Of a stretch of DNA of 64,000 nt, positions 29,242-39,208 are shown piece after piece. The notes beneath the pieces were generated by a model. That model was not told the DNA's origin, did no database searches, and was given only the letters and a program-made list of their open reading frames with translations. Numbering within the stretch: position 1 is the first letter of the stretch; each line of letters starts with the position of its first letter. Where the stretch lies: NCBI GenBank assembly GCA_036012755.1, contig DASCPX010000193.1, forward strand, positions 53,092 through 117,091. Direction: 5' to 3'. A program made the translations under genes and the position numbers. This DNA comes from Myxococcota bacterium (GTDB taxonomy: Bacteria; Myxococcota_A; UBA796; CAJQPC01).

Positions 29242-31289
29242 GTGGGCTCGTCTCGTCGCCGAGCGAGCCGGTCACCTTCGCAGCCGCCGCCGGAGTGGGC
29301 AGCGCGTCACTCAGCAAGGACCACGTCACGGTCCACACCAAGGACACCGTGGACTACGTCTACACCGTCGGAGTCGGGGGGCTCGGTGTGGGCGACACCA
29401 TTCGCATCGAGGACCCGCTCTTCCACGGAATGCGCTGGTCCAAGTGGGGCGCGCCCTATGACGATCCTGCGAAGTGCTCGGAGCTGACAGAGGACCAGAC
29501 GGCGTCTGGCTCGCTGGTCACAGCCTCCACCGACGGCCCGGCCACCCTCGGCATGTCTCGAAACGTCGACGTCGAGGATCTCCACCAGTACGCCTACACA
29601 GAGGTCTGGATCGACAGCGGTGAGCTGGCGGAGGGGGACCAGGTCCTGGTCCGCTACGGGGACGTCTCCGGCGGCGAGCACTGCGGCCACCAGTTCCCGG
29701 ACCGAGCCTTCGACAACGTCCTGTGGCGCTCCTACGAGCAGCTGGGCTCCGCCACGGAGTTCTCTGCGGTCGAGCCCGCCCCCACCTTCGACGTCGAGGC
29801 CATCCCCACCGCCTCGACGCTGCTGGTCGTCGCCCCTTCCTACGTGCAGATCGGCGAGGAGTTCACGCTCCGGGTGGCCCACCTCGACCGCCTCGGCAAT
29901 CCCGTGCCCCAGGTCACGGACTTCGTGGTCGAAGCAGAGGGTCAGACTCACGCGATGACCACCGAAGACGGCGGTGTCACGACCTTCACCCTCAGCCTGG
30001 ACGAAGCCGGGGTCCACCGCCTGGCGGTCGGCTCCGGACCGCTCAGCGGCATCTCGAACCCCATCGTCGTCAGCGAAGACCCGCCGACGAGGCGGCTCTA
30101 CTGGGGCGACCTCCACGTCCATCACGGCCACCACTACCCAGACGGAGCCGGCGGTCGTGTCAACCAGAACCACCAGTACGGCCGCGACGTCATCGGACTC
30201 GACGTGGTGAGCGAGTCCATGAAGCTCGCCCCCATCGAGATCGACGGCGACGCCCTGTGGGAGATCCTCGAAGAGGACTGCGTAGCCGAGACGCGCGACG
30301 ACTACCTCGTCTTGTTGTCCTTCGAGTGGATGGGCAACCTCGTCGCCACGGGCCAGGGTCACCACAACCTCTACTTCGACTCCTGCGACATCCCCCTGCC
30401 CTCCCACAACGACCTGGGCCCGCTGGCCGATGACGACGGCGTCTACGCCTGGCAGGTCGAGCAAGACAAAGCGGGCGTGCGGAGCGTCGCCGTCCCCCAC
30501 GCCACCGTCTACACCGGCTTCAACTGGGACGACCGGGATGACACCCTCCGCAGCGTGGCCGAGGTCTACAGCGAGTGGGGCCACAGCCTCGACGTCGGGG
30601 GTCCGGGTTCGGTCGTCTCGGCCCTGTCCAAGGGCCTCCGCTTCGGCTTCATCGCCGCCAGCGACAACCACGACGGCTGGATGGGCAACCCCTTCTCGGA
30701 GAAGTCGACGAGGAGCGGCCTGGCGGCCTTCTGGGCAGAGGACCTCGACCGGGACGCCATCTGGGAGTCGCTCCAGGGCAAGCACACCTACGGCACGACG
30801 GGCGAGCGCATCATCGTGGAGTGGCGGCTCTCCGACGGCGGCGTCACCACCCTCGAGGGCGGCGAGGTGGTCGTCGCATCACCCGAGCTCGCCTGGAAGG
30901 TCTACGGCACGGGCACTGTTCGTGAGATCACGATCTGGGGCATCGAGCTCGACGGGCAGGCCGTAGCGCTCCACCAGGAGCAGGTCAGCGGCCTGGACAG
31001 CGAGGGCAGCGTCGCCGTCGACGCCAAGGCGATGGCCCTCTGGCTCTCGGTGGAGCAAGCCGACGGAGAGTGGGCATGGAGCACCCCGATCTGGATCACC
31101 GACAGCTGCTCCGCCGGCTTCGACGACCCCGCCGGTCACTGCGGCCCCGACACCGGGACACCGGAGTCGAGCCCGGACTCGGGCGACTCGGGGATCGAGG
31201 GGCCGCGAAGTCGCTGTGAAGGCTGCGGGGTCCCTGGCGCAGGCCCCTGGTTGTTGGGCATGCTGCTGTTGATGAGACGGCGACGATGA
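29205..31289 (+). CDS. DUF3604/PHP-like metallohydrolase with MYXO-CTERM-like tail
   Basis: WGDLHVH, FEW, EVYSEWG, ASDNHDG, YGTTG; C-terminal GCG...hydrophobic...RRRR. Confidence 0.8.
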   Translation: MLLFLLPRAALPCGLVSSPSEPVTFAAAAGVGSASLSKDHVTVHTKDTVDYVYTVGVGGLGVGDTIRIEDPLFHGMRWSKWGAPYDDPAKCSELTEDQTASGSLVTASTDGPATLGMSRNVDVEDLHQYAYTEVWIDSGELAEGDQVLVRYGDVSGGEHCGHQFPDRAFDNVLWRSYEQLGSATEFSAVEPAPTFDVEAIPTASTLLVVAPSYVQIGEEFTLRVAHLDRLGNPVPQVTDFVVEAEGQTHAMTTEDGGVTTFTLSLDEAGVHRLAVGSGPLSGISNPIVVSEDPPTRRLYWGDLHVHHGHHYPDGAGGRVNQNHQYGRDVIGLDVVSESMKLAPIEIDGDALWEILEEDCVAETRDDYLVLLSFEWMGNLVATGQGHHNLYFDSCDIPLPSHNDLGPLADDDGVYAWQVEQDKAGVRSVAVPHATVYTGFNWDDRDDTLRSVAEVYSEWGHSLDVGGPGSVVSALSKGLRFGFIAASDNHDGWMGNPFSEKSTRSGLAAFWAEDLDRDAIWESLQGKHTYGTTGERIIVEWRLSDGGVTTLEGGEVVVASPELAWKVYGTGTVREITIWGIELDGQAVALHQEQVSGLDSEGSVAVDAKAMALWLSVEQADGEWAWSTPIWITDSCSAGFDDPAGHCGPDTGTPESSPDSGDSGIEGPRSRCEGCGVPGAGPWLLGMLLLMRRRR

Positions 31290-32272
31290 TCCTCCTGCTC
31301 GCGTGTGTGGCGACTGTTCCCTCCCTTCCGAGCGAACCGGTCGACAGCGAGCAGCGACTCGACAGCGAGCCCATCGACAGCGAGGACACCGGCTACACCC
31401 CGGACGAGTACGACTGCGACGACCTCCCCGACTTCAACCTCGGCAGCGAGGTCCTCGACCATGCCCGCGGCTACCACGGGAACGCCTTCGACGACGAGGG
31501 CAACATCATCGGGTGGGACCCCGAGCGGGACGCGCTGGTCAAGGCCAGCTACGACGGCGACAGCGACACCTGGCTCCCGGGTCTCACCTCTGTGGAGCAG
31601 ATCACGCGGAACTCGGCGGGGGATCTGTACTTCGTCGACAGCTCGCGCGCGGCCGTCTTCCGCGTCACACCAGAGGGCGGCCAGGAGCGCCTCACCGGCG
31701 GCCTGTTGAGCGGCTACGGCATCACCTTCGGCCCCGACGGCATGCTCTATGTCTCCGACGGCAACGTGGTGCGCATCGACCCGGAGACCGGTGACAAGGA
31801 GACCATCGTGAAGATGCCCGATGGGGGCAACTCCTGGACGGCCCACGCCGTCGACTGGAACCTCGACAGCACCAGGCTGTACATCGCGACCGTGCCCTAC
31901 GGGGACCTGTTGCAGGTCGAACTGGACGAGAACCTCGACCCCATCGGCGAGCCGGAGATGCTCCTGCGGCTCCCGGGTTACTGGCTCGACGCCGTCAGGG
32001 TGGACGCCTGCGACAACCTCTGGGTCGCCGAGTTCGCCGAGCTGAGTCTGTATCGCATAAACGATCGCGGCGAGTGGGACGAGATGGTCGACGGCGACCG
32101 CTCCCGCTACTACGGCCACGGCATCGTCTGGGGCACAGGCCACGACGGCTGGCGCGCCGACGCGCTCTACCAACCGCTGCCCTACAACAGCTCGAAGGTC
32201 CAGGAGGTCATCATCGGAGTCCCCGACGGGAACACCGTGAGGACCTGGAAGGGCGAGCCGGTCGAGTACTGA
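31286..32272 (+). CDS. SMP-30/gluconolactonase-like beta-propeller lipoprotein
   Basis: MILLLAC; GITFGPDGMLYVSD and DAVRVDACDNLWVAE blades. Confidence 0.8.
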   Translation: MILLLACVATVPSLPSEPVDSEQRLDSEPIDSEDTGYTPDEYDCDDLPDFNLGSEVLDHARGYHGNAFDDEGNIIGWDPERDALVKASYDGDSDTWLPGLTSVEQITRNSAGDLYFVDSSRAAVFRVTPEGGQERLTGGLLSGYGITFGPDGMLYVSDGNVVRIDPETGDKETIVKMPDGGNSWTAHAVDWNLDSTRLYIATVPYGDLLQVELDENLDPIGEPEMLLRLPGYWLDAVRVDACDNLWVAEFAELSLYRINDRGEWDEMVDGDRSRYYGHGIVWGTGHDGWRADALYQPLPYNSSKVQEVIIGVPDGNTVRTWKGEPVEY

Positions 32273-32311
32273 TCGTCGACACCATCCTCGCCTCCGGTGG
32301 CTCCTTCGACG

Positions 32312-34456
32312 CTAGGCCTTCAGCTGGTCACCGATCGGCATCTCCCGAATCCGTGTGCCGGTCGCCGTGAAGATCGCGTTGCACACCGCGCCCGCGATCG
32401 GCGGAACCCCGGGCTCGCCGATGCCGCCGGGCGCGTGATCGTTCTCCACGATGTGGACCTCGACGGCCGGCGACTTCGCCAGGCCCATGAGCTCGTACTC
32501 GTGGAAGTTCGTCTGTTTCACGGCGCCCTCGGCGATCTCCAGCTTCTCCGCGTTCAGCGCCGAGAGCCCCATGGACAGCCCCGAGAGGATCTGGGACCTG
32601 ATCGTGTCCGGGTGGACGAACTGCCCACAGTCCACGGCCGCGGTGACCCGGTGGACGTGGACAGAGCCGTCGGTGACCGTGATGTCGGCGACCTCGGCCA
32701 CGATGCTGCCAAATGACTTGAAGATCGCGGTCCCGCGGGTCATGCCCTCTGGGACCTCGCCGGCTTTTTCGAGCGCGAGCTCGTAGCAGATGCGGTGGCG
32801 CTCGTTGTCGAGCAGCGCGCGCCGATACTCGATTGGATCCTGGCCAGCCGCGTGCGCCAGCTCGTCGATGAAGCACTCGCGGAAGAAGCCGTTGGTCGAC
32901 CCGTGCACGCTCCGCCACCAGCCGACGGGGATCGGCAGGGAGACCCTGGAGTAGTCGACCCGCGAGTTGGGCACGGCGTAGGGGTGGTGGTCCATGCCGC
33001 CGACGGCCGTCTCGGTCGCCGCGTTCAAGCTCAGCAGGAAGCCGGGCAGGAGATCCTCCAACAGGCTCTGGGCGACCAGCTCCACGTGCCAGTCTGTGGG
33101 GAGTCCGTCCGCGCCGAGCTTCGCCCGCTGCCTGCACAGGACCCGGGGTCGGTAGAAGCCGTGAGCGAAGCACTCCTCGCGGGTCCACATCAGCTTCACC
33201 GGGCCGCCGAACTCCTTGGCGACCTTGACCGCGTAGTCCGTGAAGTCCCAGAAGGACTTGCGCCCGAAGCCGCCGCCCAGGAAGGTCGTGTGCACATGGA
33301 CCATCTCCTCGGGGAGACCGGTCAGCTTCGCCGCCTGGCGCTTGACGACCTGAGGCACCTGGGTCGGGGCCCAGACGTCCACGCGGTCGTCCTGTACCCA
33401 CGCCGTGGCGTTGAGCGGCTCGATGGGGGCGTGCTCGAGGAAGGGCACCTCGTAGGTGGCTTCGATGTCGGTCTCGCCGATCTTGCCTCGACTCCACACG
33501 GTCTTTCCATTGCCGAGCGCGTCGTTGAGCTTCCTGCCGATCTCGGCGTCGTCGAGCTCGCCCCACTTGCCCTTGTCCCACTCCACCTCGACCAGGGCCA
33601 GGGCCTTCTTGGCATGCCAGAAGGTGTCAGCGACCACCACGACCGCTTCCTCGATCTGGAAGATGTCTTCGACGCCGGTCACCTCGCGGGCCTTGGCGTC
33701 GTCGAAGGAGACGAGCTTCCCACCGAAGTGCGGACAGGCCTTCAGCGTGGCGACCAGCATGTCCTCCATGCCGACGTCGACACCGAAGACCGCGGACCCG
33801 TCGACCTTGGGCGGCAGGTCCAGCCGCGGCGGCGAGGTCCCCATCAAGGTGCGCTGGGACCTGGTCTTCAAGGTCACGCTGCTCGGCGGTGACAACAGCG
33901 CCGCGTCGGCAGCCAGCTCTCCGAAGCCTGCAGACTGCTCTCCGGCGCTGACGACTCCCTTCTCGACGCTGCACTCCGAGACCTCGACGCCGAAGCGGAT
34001 CGCGGCGGCCTCGACCAGCATCGCCCGGGCCTTGGCCCCCACCTCGCGGAGCACGTCCCAGTGACCGCGGACCGACAGCGAGCCCCCGGTGCCCTGGCTC
34101 TCGCCCGGGTAGTCGATGTTCGGATGTCGGTAGGCCCTGTCCGCCGGAGCGCTCTCGGCGCGCACGAGCTCCCAGTCGGCGTCGAGCTCCTCGGCAAGGA
34201 GCATGGGCAGGGACGTGTACACACCCTGGCCCATCTCAGAGGCCCCCATGCGCAGGGTCGTCACGCCGTTGGGGGCGATGCGGATCCAGGCGTTGAGCTG
34301 GGCGATGTCCCCCTCTGCGAGGGCTTCGCCGAGTGAGATCGTCTTGTCGATCTCCGGCATGACGTGCCCGCAACCGGGAACCGTGAAGCCGAGGATCAGG
34401 CCCACGGACGAACCGAGCATGGCGCGGCGGGTCAGGTTGATCATCGTCGCCATCAC
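32312..34456 (-). CDS. xanthine dehydrogenase family molybdopterin subunit (IorB-like)
   Basis: Tat motif [34 protein letters not shown]. Confidence 0.95.
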   Translation of the reverse strand: MMATMINLTRRAMLGSSVGLILGFTVPGCGHVMPEIDKTISLGEALAEGDIAQLNAWIRIAPNGVTTLRMGASEMGQGVYTSLPMLLAEELDADWELVRAESAPADRAYRHPNIDYPGESQGTGGSLSVRGHWDVLREVGAKARAMLVEAAAIRFGVEVSECSVEKGVVSAGEQSAGFGELAADAALLSPPSSVTLKTRSQRTLMGTSPPRLDLPPKVDGSAVFGVDVGMEDMLVATLKACPHFGGKLVSFDDAKAREVTGVEDIFQIEEAVVVVADTFWHAKKALALVEVEWDKGKWGELDDAEIGRKLNDALGNGKTVWSRGKIGETDIEATYEVPFLEHAPIEPLNATAWVQDDRVDVWAPTQVPQVVKRQAAKLTGLPEEMVHVHTTFLGGGFGRKSFWDFTDYAVKVAKEFGGPVKLMWTREECFAHGFYRPRVLCRQRAKLGADGLPTDWHVELVAQSLLEDLLPGFLLSLNAATETAVGGMDHHPYAVPNSRVDYSRVSLPIPVGWWRSVHGSTNGFFRECFIDELAHAAGQDPIEYRRALLDNERHRICYELALEKAGEVPEGMTRGTAIFKSFGSIVAEVADITVTDGSVHVHRVTAAVDCGQFVHPDTIRSQILSGLSMGLSALNAEKLEIAEGAVKQTNFHEYELMGLAKSPAVEVHIVENDHAPGGIGEPGVPPIAGAVCNAIFTATGTRIREMPIGDQLKA

Positions 34457-34956
34457 TCACCTCCGTCGGCCGGAGCGTCTTCCGGGCTGGTCTCTTCCAC
34501 CGGCTCCGGGGGCGGCTCGGGCATCTTCGCCGAGGCGTTGTGGATCCCCTTGCGGATGCGGTCGTAGGTCGCGCAGCGGCAGAGGTTCGTCATCCTCTCG
34601 TCGATGTCGCCGTCAGTCGGCTGCCGGATCTCGTCGAGCAGGGCGGAAGCAGCCATGAGCTGGCCCGACTGGCAGTACCCGCACTGGGGCACCTGCTCCT
34701 CCAGCCATGCCTCCTGCACCGGGTGGTCGAGACCCTCGATGGTGGTGATCTCGGCGCCGCTGGCCACGACCACCGGCAGGATGCAGGTCCGCACGGGCTT
34801 GCCGTTGAGGAGCACCGTGCAGGCTCCGCACACGCCGACACCGCAGCCGAACTTCGTACCCGTCAGGCCGAGCTGCTCGCGTATCACCCACAGAAGCGGG
34901 GTGTCGTCTTCGACGTCGAGGGCCTTCGCCTGGCCATTGATGGTGAAGTGGATCAT
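34453..34956 (-). CDS. 2x[2Fe-2S] small subunit (IorA-like)
   Basis: [12 protein letters not shown]...C, QCGYCQ, NLCRC; ATG 34956 overlaps the upstream TGA. Confidence 0.95.
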   Translation of the reverse strand: MIHFTINGQAKALDVEDDTPLLWVIREQLGLTGTKFGCGVGVCGACTVLLNGKPVRTCILPVVVASGAEITTIEGLDHPVQEAWLEEQVPQCGYCQSGQLMAASALLDEIRQPTDGDIDERMTNLCRCATYDRIRKGIHNASAKMPEPPPEPVEETSPEDAPADGGE

Positions 34957-35741
34957 CTCGCCTCCAACATGGCGGCTATAGCCGCTCCGATCTCGACAGC
35001 GTGGGACTTCTGGATGTTGTGGCCCCCGGTCGGCCAGCTCAAGCGCGGACCTTCGGGGAGGCGAGCGACCAGCTCTGCGCCGATGGCCGGCTCGACGTGG
35101 GGGTCGTCCTCTGCCCAGGCGAGCAGGGTCGGGACCGCGATGCTGCCCAGCGCTGCCTCGATGCCGTCGAAGTCGATGCCGGCTGCGCAGTCGAGTGTGT
35201 GCAAGAGCGCCGGCTCGTCCCAGACGGGCGGGAAGCCCGCGGCGCTGAAGCCCTTGACGACCATCGGGACGAGGACCGGGCGCATGAAGGTGCCCAGCAG
35301 CCATGCCCAGGGCTTGGGGTTCCACCGGCGCAGGGAGTGGTGGGGGCGCACCCCGATGCTGGCCAGGAGCACGAGCGCACGGACCCTCGGCCCAAGGGCA
35401 GCGGCCGCGCAGATGGCGATCCCACCTCCCATCGAGTGACCGACGAGGCCGAAGTCCTGCAGACCCAGGACGTCGCAGGCCTGCACGACGAGCTCGGCGC
35501 GTCCGGTCACCGATGTCGCCGGCCCTGTCGACAGCGGCGTCCCACCCATTCCCGGAAGCTGGATTCGGATGACCCGGAAGCCGGGCAGCGCCGGTGCCAG
35601 CCACCGGTAGTCACGAGGCCCGCCGGGGTAGCCGTGCACGAGGAGCAGCGCCGGGCCATCACCCTCGTCGGTGTAGACCATCGGCCCATCGGGCAGCTGG
35701 AGCGTGCGCGGCTCGGGGTCGCTGGGGTGCTCCGGTGTCAC
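34953..35741 (-). CDS. alpha/beta fold hydrolase
   Basis: HGYPG, GHSMGG, ED, GGH motifs; start placed at GTG 35741. Confidence 0.85.
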   Translation of the reverse strand: MTPEHPSDPEPRTLQLPDGPMVYTDEGDGPALLLVHGYPGGPRDYRWLAPALPGFRVIRIQLPGMGGTPLSTGPATSVTGRAELVVQACDVLGLQDFGLVGHSMGGGIAICAAAALGPRVRALVLLASIGVRPHHSLRRWNPKPWAWLLGTFMRPVLVPMVVKGFSAAGFPPVWDEPALLHTLDCAAGIDFDGIEAALGSIAVPTLLAWAEDDPHVEPAIGAELVARLPEGPRLSWPTGGHNIQKSHAVEIGAAIAAMLEAR

Positions 35742-35825
35742 CGCGCCTTCGTAGCCTGATTCTGCCGCTAATGTCCGCCGTCGACCATGCCGCTTCCCGA
35801 GTGAACCCCCTCCCGGACCTCGCGC

Positions 35826-36971
35826 ATGCTCATCAGCCTCATCTTCGCCTGCACCGCCCCCGAGTACGACCTCTCCGACGACGCCCTCGCCGAGCTCGAC
35901 GAGAGCCAGGTCCACCCCTCCAGGGTGCTGGTGTTCGACGAAGACGGCAGCTGGGAGATGGTCGACGAAGACGACCCGATTGCAGCGGTCCAGGCCTACC
36001 GCAGTCGCGGCGTCTACGCGGAGCCGGACCTGCGGCGCAGCATCGGCAGCCTCAACGGCGGGAGCGACCCGCTCAGCGGCTTCCAGTGGCACCTCGAGCT
36101 CATCGGCGTCGACTCCGAGCGCGCCGAGTACACCGGCGTGGGCGCCACCGTCGCCGTCGTCGACACAGGCGTGTCCAGCGGCGGCAGCGACACTCCGTTC
36201 TTCCTGCTCGACGGCTGGGACTTCGTCGAGGACGGCCCGGTCGCGCTGGACTTCAACGGCCACGGCACCCACGTCGCCGGCACCATCGCCCAGGCCTCCA
36301 ACAACAGCATCGGCGTCGCCGGCGTCGCTCCCGACGCCACGATCCTCCCGGTCCGCGTGCTGGACGCCGACGGGAGCGGATGGGCCTCTGACGTCGCCAG
36401 CGGCATCGCCTATGCCGTCGACGAGGGCGCCGATGTCATCAACCTCTCGCTGGGCAGCTCCAGCCCGTCGAGGGCCGAGCGCCGGGCCATTCGCTACGCC
36501 CTCGAAGCAGGAGTGCTCGTCGTGGCCGCCTCTGGCAACGACTCCGGTCCCACCAGCTACCCGGCCCGCTACTCAGAGGTCGTCGCGGTCTCCGCGGTGG
36601 GCGGGGACGGGCGCGTCACCAGCTACAGCAACACAGGCGCAATCGAGCTCGCCGCTCCTGGTGGAGACGTCAGCAGCGACTACAACGGCGACGGCTTCGG
36701 CGACGGGGTCCTCCAGGAGACCTTCGTCGACGACGAGTGGGGCTACTGGTTCTTCCAGGGCACAAGCATGGCCGCTCCGCACGTCTCGGGCGTCGCCGCG
36801 CTGCTCGTGGCCGAGGGGGCCACCGCAGACGAGGCCCGCCACATCCTCCGGGACACAGCCGATGATCTCGGCCGCCCGGGCAGGGACGGCCGGTCTGGCT
36901 ATGGCCTCATCGACGCCGAAGCTGCGCTCACCGCCTACGCCGGGCCCCCGGAAGATCAGGACCCGATCTAG
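35826..36971 (+). CDS. S8 subtilisin-like serine protease lipoprotein
   Basis: VAVVDTG, HGTHVAG, GTSMAAPHV triad; MLISLIFAC. Confidence 0.95.
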   Translation: MLISLIFACTAPEYDLSDDALAELDESQVHPSRVLVFDEDGSWEMVDEDDPIAAVQAYRSRGVYAEPDLRRSIGSLNGGSDPLSGFQWHLELIGVDSERAEYTGVGATVAVVDTGVSSGGSDTPFFLLDGWDFVEDGPVALDFNGHGTHVAGTIAQASNNSIGVAGVAPDATILPVRVLDADGSGWASDVASGIAYAVDEGADVINLSLGSSSPSRAERRAIRYALEAGVLVVAASGNDSGPTSYPARYSEVVAVSAVGGDGRVTSYSNTGAIELAAPGGDVSSDYNGDGFGDGVLQETFVDDEWGYWFFQGTSMAAPHVSGVAALLVAEGATADEARHILRDTADDLGRPGRDGRSGYGLIDAEAALTAYAGPPEDQDPI

Positions 36972-39208
36972 GGACCGCTCCACCTCGCAGCACCGCTGGC
37001 GACGAGGATCTCGTCGATCTCGGCCAGACCTCGCAGGTTGGCGTCCGGCTCGCCTGCCAGCTCTCGCAAGGTCGGGTCCGGATGGGTCACGTCGTAGATA
37101 TGGATGTACCAGGTCTTGTCGGCCTGCGGATCCGAGCTGCGCACGAGCCGCGACAGGTAGCGGTTCAAGAGCGTCCAGTCGTTGTCGACCAGCTCGACCC
37201 CCCAGCGCTGGCTCTCCCGCCAGGCGCCGCCGTATGCCATGGGGTCGATCGCGTTGACGAGCCAGGTGGTGCCTGGCAGGTACAGCATGCCGGAGCTCCC
37301 CCCTTCGTGCCAGGTCTGCACGTCCTCGCCGAGCTCGAAGACCTCCAGGCGATCCCGGATGTCGACCGGGAACTGCTCCTTCTTGCGGAAGCCGTTGTCC
37401 CCCACCTCCGGGATGCCCCCAGCCAGCGCGAAGTAGTGGAGCTCGAAGCCGCCCGCGTCTCGAATCGCCGAGACCCAGCTGGCGTCCTCCCAGGCCATCG
37501 TGAGCCCGTCAGCGGAGTTCCCCGCACAGATCTCGGGCTCGACGGGCAGCTCGAAGTCCCGCAGCGACTGCTGGAAGAGCTCGTACTCGGCCTGGCTGTC
37601 GATGGGAAGAGCGATGCCCTCGACCCGATCCGCGAAGCGGGCCTCGAAGCCCTCTGGATGATCGTGTGGAGTGTGAGTCCAGTGCGCCAGCTCGAGGCCC
37701 CGGTCCACCGCGCTCTGCAAGGCGCCGTCGAGGTCCTCGCCTACCCCCGGGAGGCCGGACTGCGCACAGAGCTCCGCCTGCAACAGGACGCTCGGGTTCA
37801 CCCCGAGCAGCGTCGGCCGATCCAACTCGACGAGGTAGTCGAGGTTGGGCCCGAGCCGCTCCGAGATGGACCAGGACAAGGCGCAACATCCACGCTCTCG
37901 GTCGTCGTCGAAGGCCTCGATGCAGTCCGACTCGCCGAGGGTCCAGTCCGTATCGATCCGACCGTCGACCGGTGACTCCAGCACCGGAGCCAGGAACAGC
38001 TCTACCGGGTTCGCGGCGATGCGCTCCAAGGCCTCGACCGGGTAGCCCGCCCACAACAGCGCCGGGTGCTCGCCGTCCTCGCAGTACTCGGCCCAGTCTC
38101 CGGAGCAGCCCGCCGAGCCAGCCGGAAAGGCCAGGACCAGGTCGTGGGGTGCGACGTCGAGGACAGCCGCGATCGGTGTCGTGGGGAAGCTCGTTCCAGT
38201 AGCGGCCAGGCCCTCTGGACCGGCCAGGTAGACCGACTCGCCACAGATCACCCAGGCCACGTGCAGCCCATCGAGGACATCTGCGACGATGAAGTCGATC
38301 TCCTCGGTGAGCTCGAAGACGGCGCCGTCAGTGCCGTCGGTCCAGGCGAGCACGTCCGAGGCAGTCCAGACCACCTCGCCATCGGTCGCCACCAGGGCGG
38401 GGGCTCCGCTCACCTCCATCACAGCGCCGCCCACCAGGTGAGCCTCGCCGTCCGCGACGAGCACGTCCCGCCCAAGGACATCGGGCACGGGCACCTCGCC
38501 ACGCTCGCTTGCCTTCGGCGTCGCCGAGTCCAGGCCCTCGATGCCCCAGATCCGCCCGGTCTGCGGATCCAGCAGGCGCGAGCCCCAAGGCACCACACCG
38601 GCGGGCAGATCCCCTTCGACCGGCCGGGGCAGGCTGAGGAAGTCATAGCTGCCCGTGTCACCAGCGGCGTCCTCCACTCCGGCGTCGAGGACCCAGGCAG
38701 CGCCCACGCCATCGGTCTCGCCGACGAGCACCACGACTCGAGCCTCTTCGTGGAAGAGCCCCGCCCGGACCCCGGGCATGCCCTCGGCGAAGCCCCCGTG
38801 GTGGAACCTCCAGCCTTCGGGGACCGTGCCGTCGCGCTGGAGCTCGCTGCCGTCGCAGTCACCACTCTGGCCTGCGGCGTAGGGAAGGACACCGAGACAC
38901 TCGGCCTCCGTGTCCCAGTTGGTGGCGCCCTGGAACTGGTCCGTGACCCACAGACCCCAGTCGGGGAAGGTGTAGAAGGGCGTCCGCCGCCATGCCCGTC
39001 CGGCCTCCGGGTCCAGGAGCAGCACGTCACCGCTTCGATCCACCGTGACGAGCTCCCCTTGGGTCTGTGTCGACTCCCCCAGCCCGGTCGCCGGCCGCAT
39101 GACGATGGCCGCGGTCCCGATCTCGCGGAGGGTGAGCACCGCTGGCGGCACAGGGCGGGTCGGCGGGCCGGTGTCCGAGCCGCCGCAGGCCAACAGACCG
39201 ATGATCAC
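36968..39208 (-). CDS. large hypothetical lipoprotein, possible metal-binding HTH motif in C-terminal half
   Basis: MIIGLLAC; LELAHWTHTPH; GC3-biased 746-aa ORF coupled to its neighbours. Confidence 0.7.
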   Translation of the reverse strand: MIIGLLACGGSDTGPPTRPVPPAVLTLREIGTAAIVMRPATGLGESTQTQGELVTVDRSGDVLLLDPEAGRAWRRTPFYTFPDWGLWVTDQFQGATNWDTEAECLGVLPYAAGQSGDCDGSELQRDGTVPEGWRFHHGGFAEGMPGVRAGLFHEEARVVVLVGETDGVGAAWVLDAGVEDAAGDTGSYDFLSLPRPVEGDLPAGVVPWGSRLLDPQTGRIWGIEGLDSATPKASERGEVPVPDVLGRDVLVADGEAHLVGGAVMEVSGAPALVATDGEVVWTASDVLAWTDGTDGAVFELTEEIDFIVADVLDGLHVAWVICGESVYLAGPEGLAATGTSFPTTPIAAVLDVAPHDLVLAFPAGSAGCSGDWAEYCEDGEHPALLWAGYPVEALERIAANPVELFLAPVLESPVDGRIDTDWTLGESDCIEAFDDDRERGCCALSWSISERLGPNLDYLVELDRPTLLGVNPSVLLQAELCAQSGLPGVGEDLDGALQSAVDRGLELAHWTHTPHDHPEGFEARFADRVEGIALPIDSQAEYELFQQSLRDFELPVEPEICAGNSADGLTMAWEDASWVSAIRDAGGFELHYFALAGGIPEVGDNGFRKKEQFPVDIRDRLEVFELGEDVQTWHEGGSSGMLYLPGTTWLVNAIDPMAYGGAWRESQRWGVELVDNDWTLLNRYLSRLVRSSDPQADKTWYIHIYDVTHPDPTLRELAGEPDANLRGLAEIDEILVASGAARWSGP

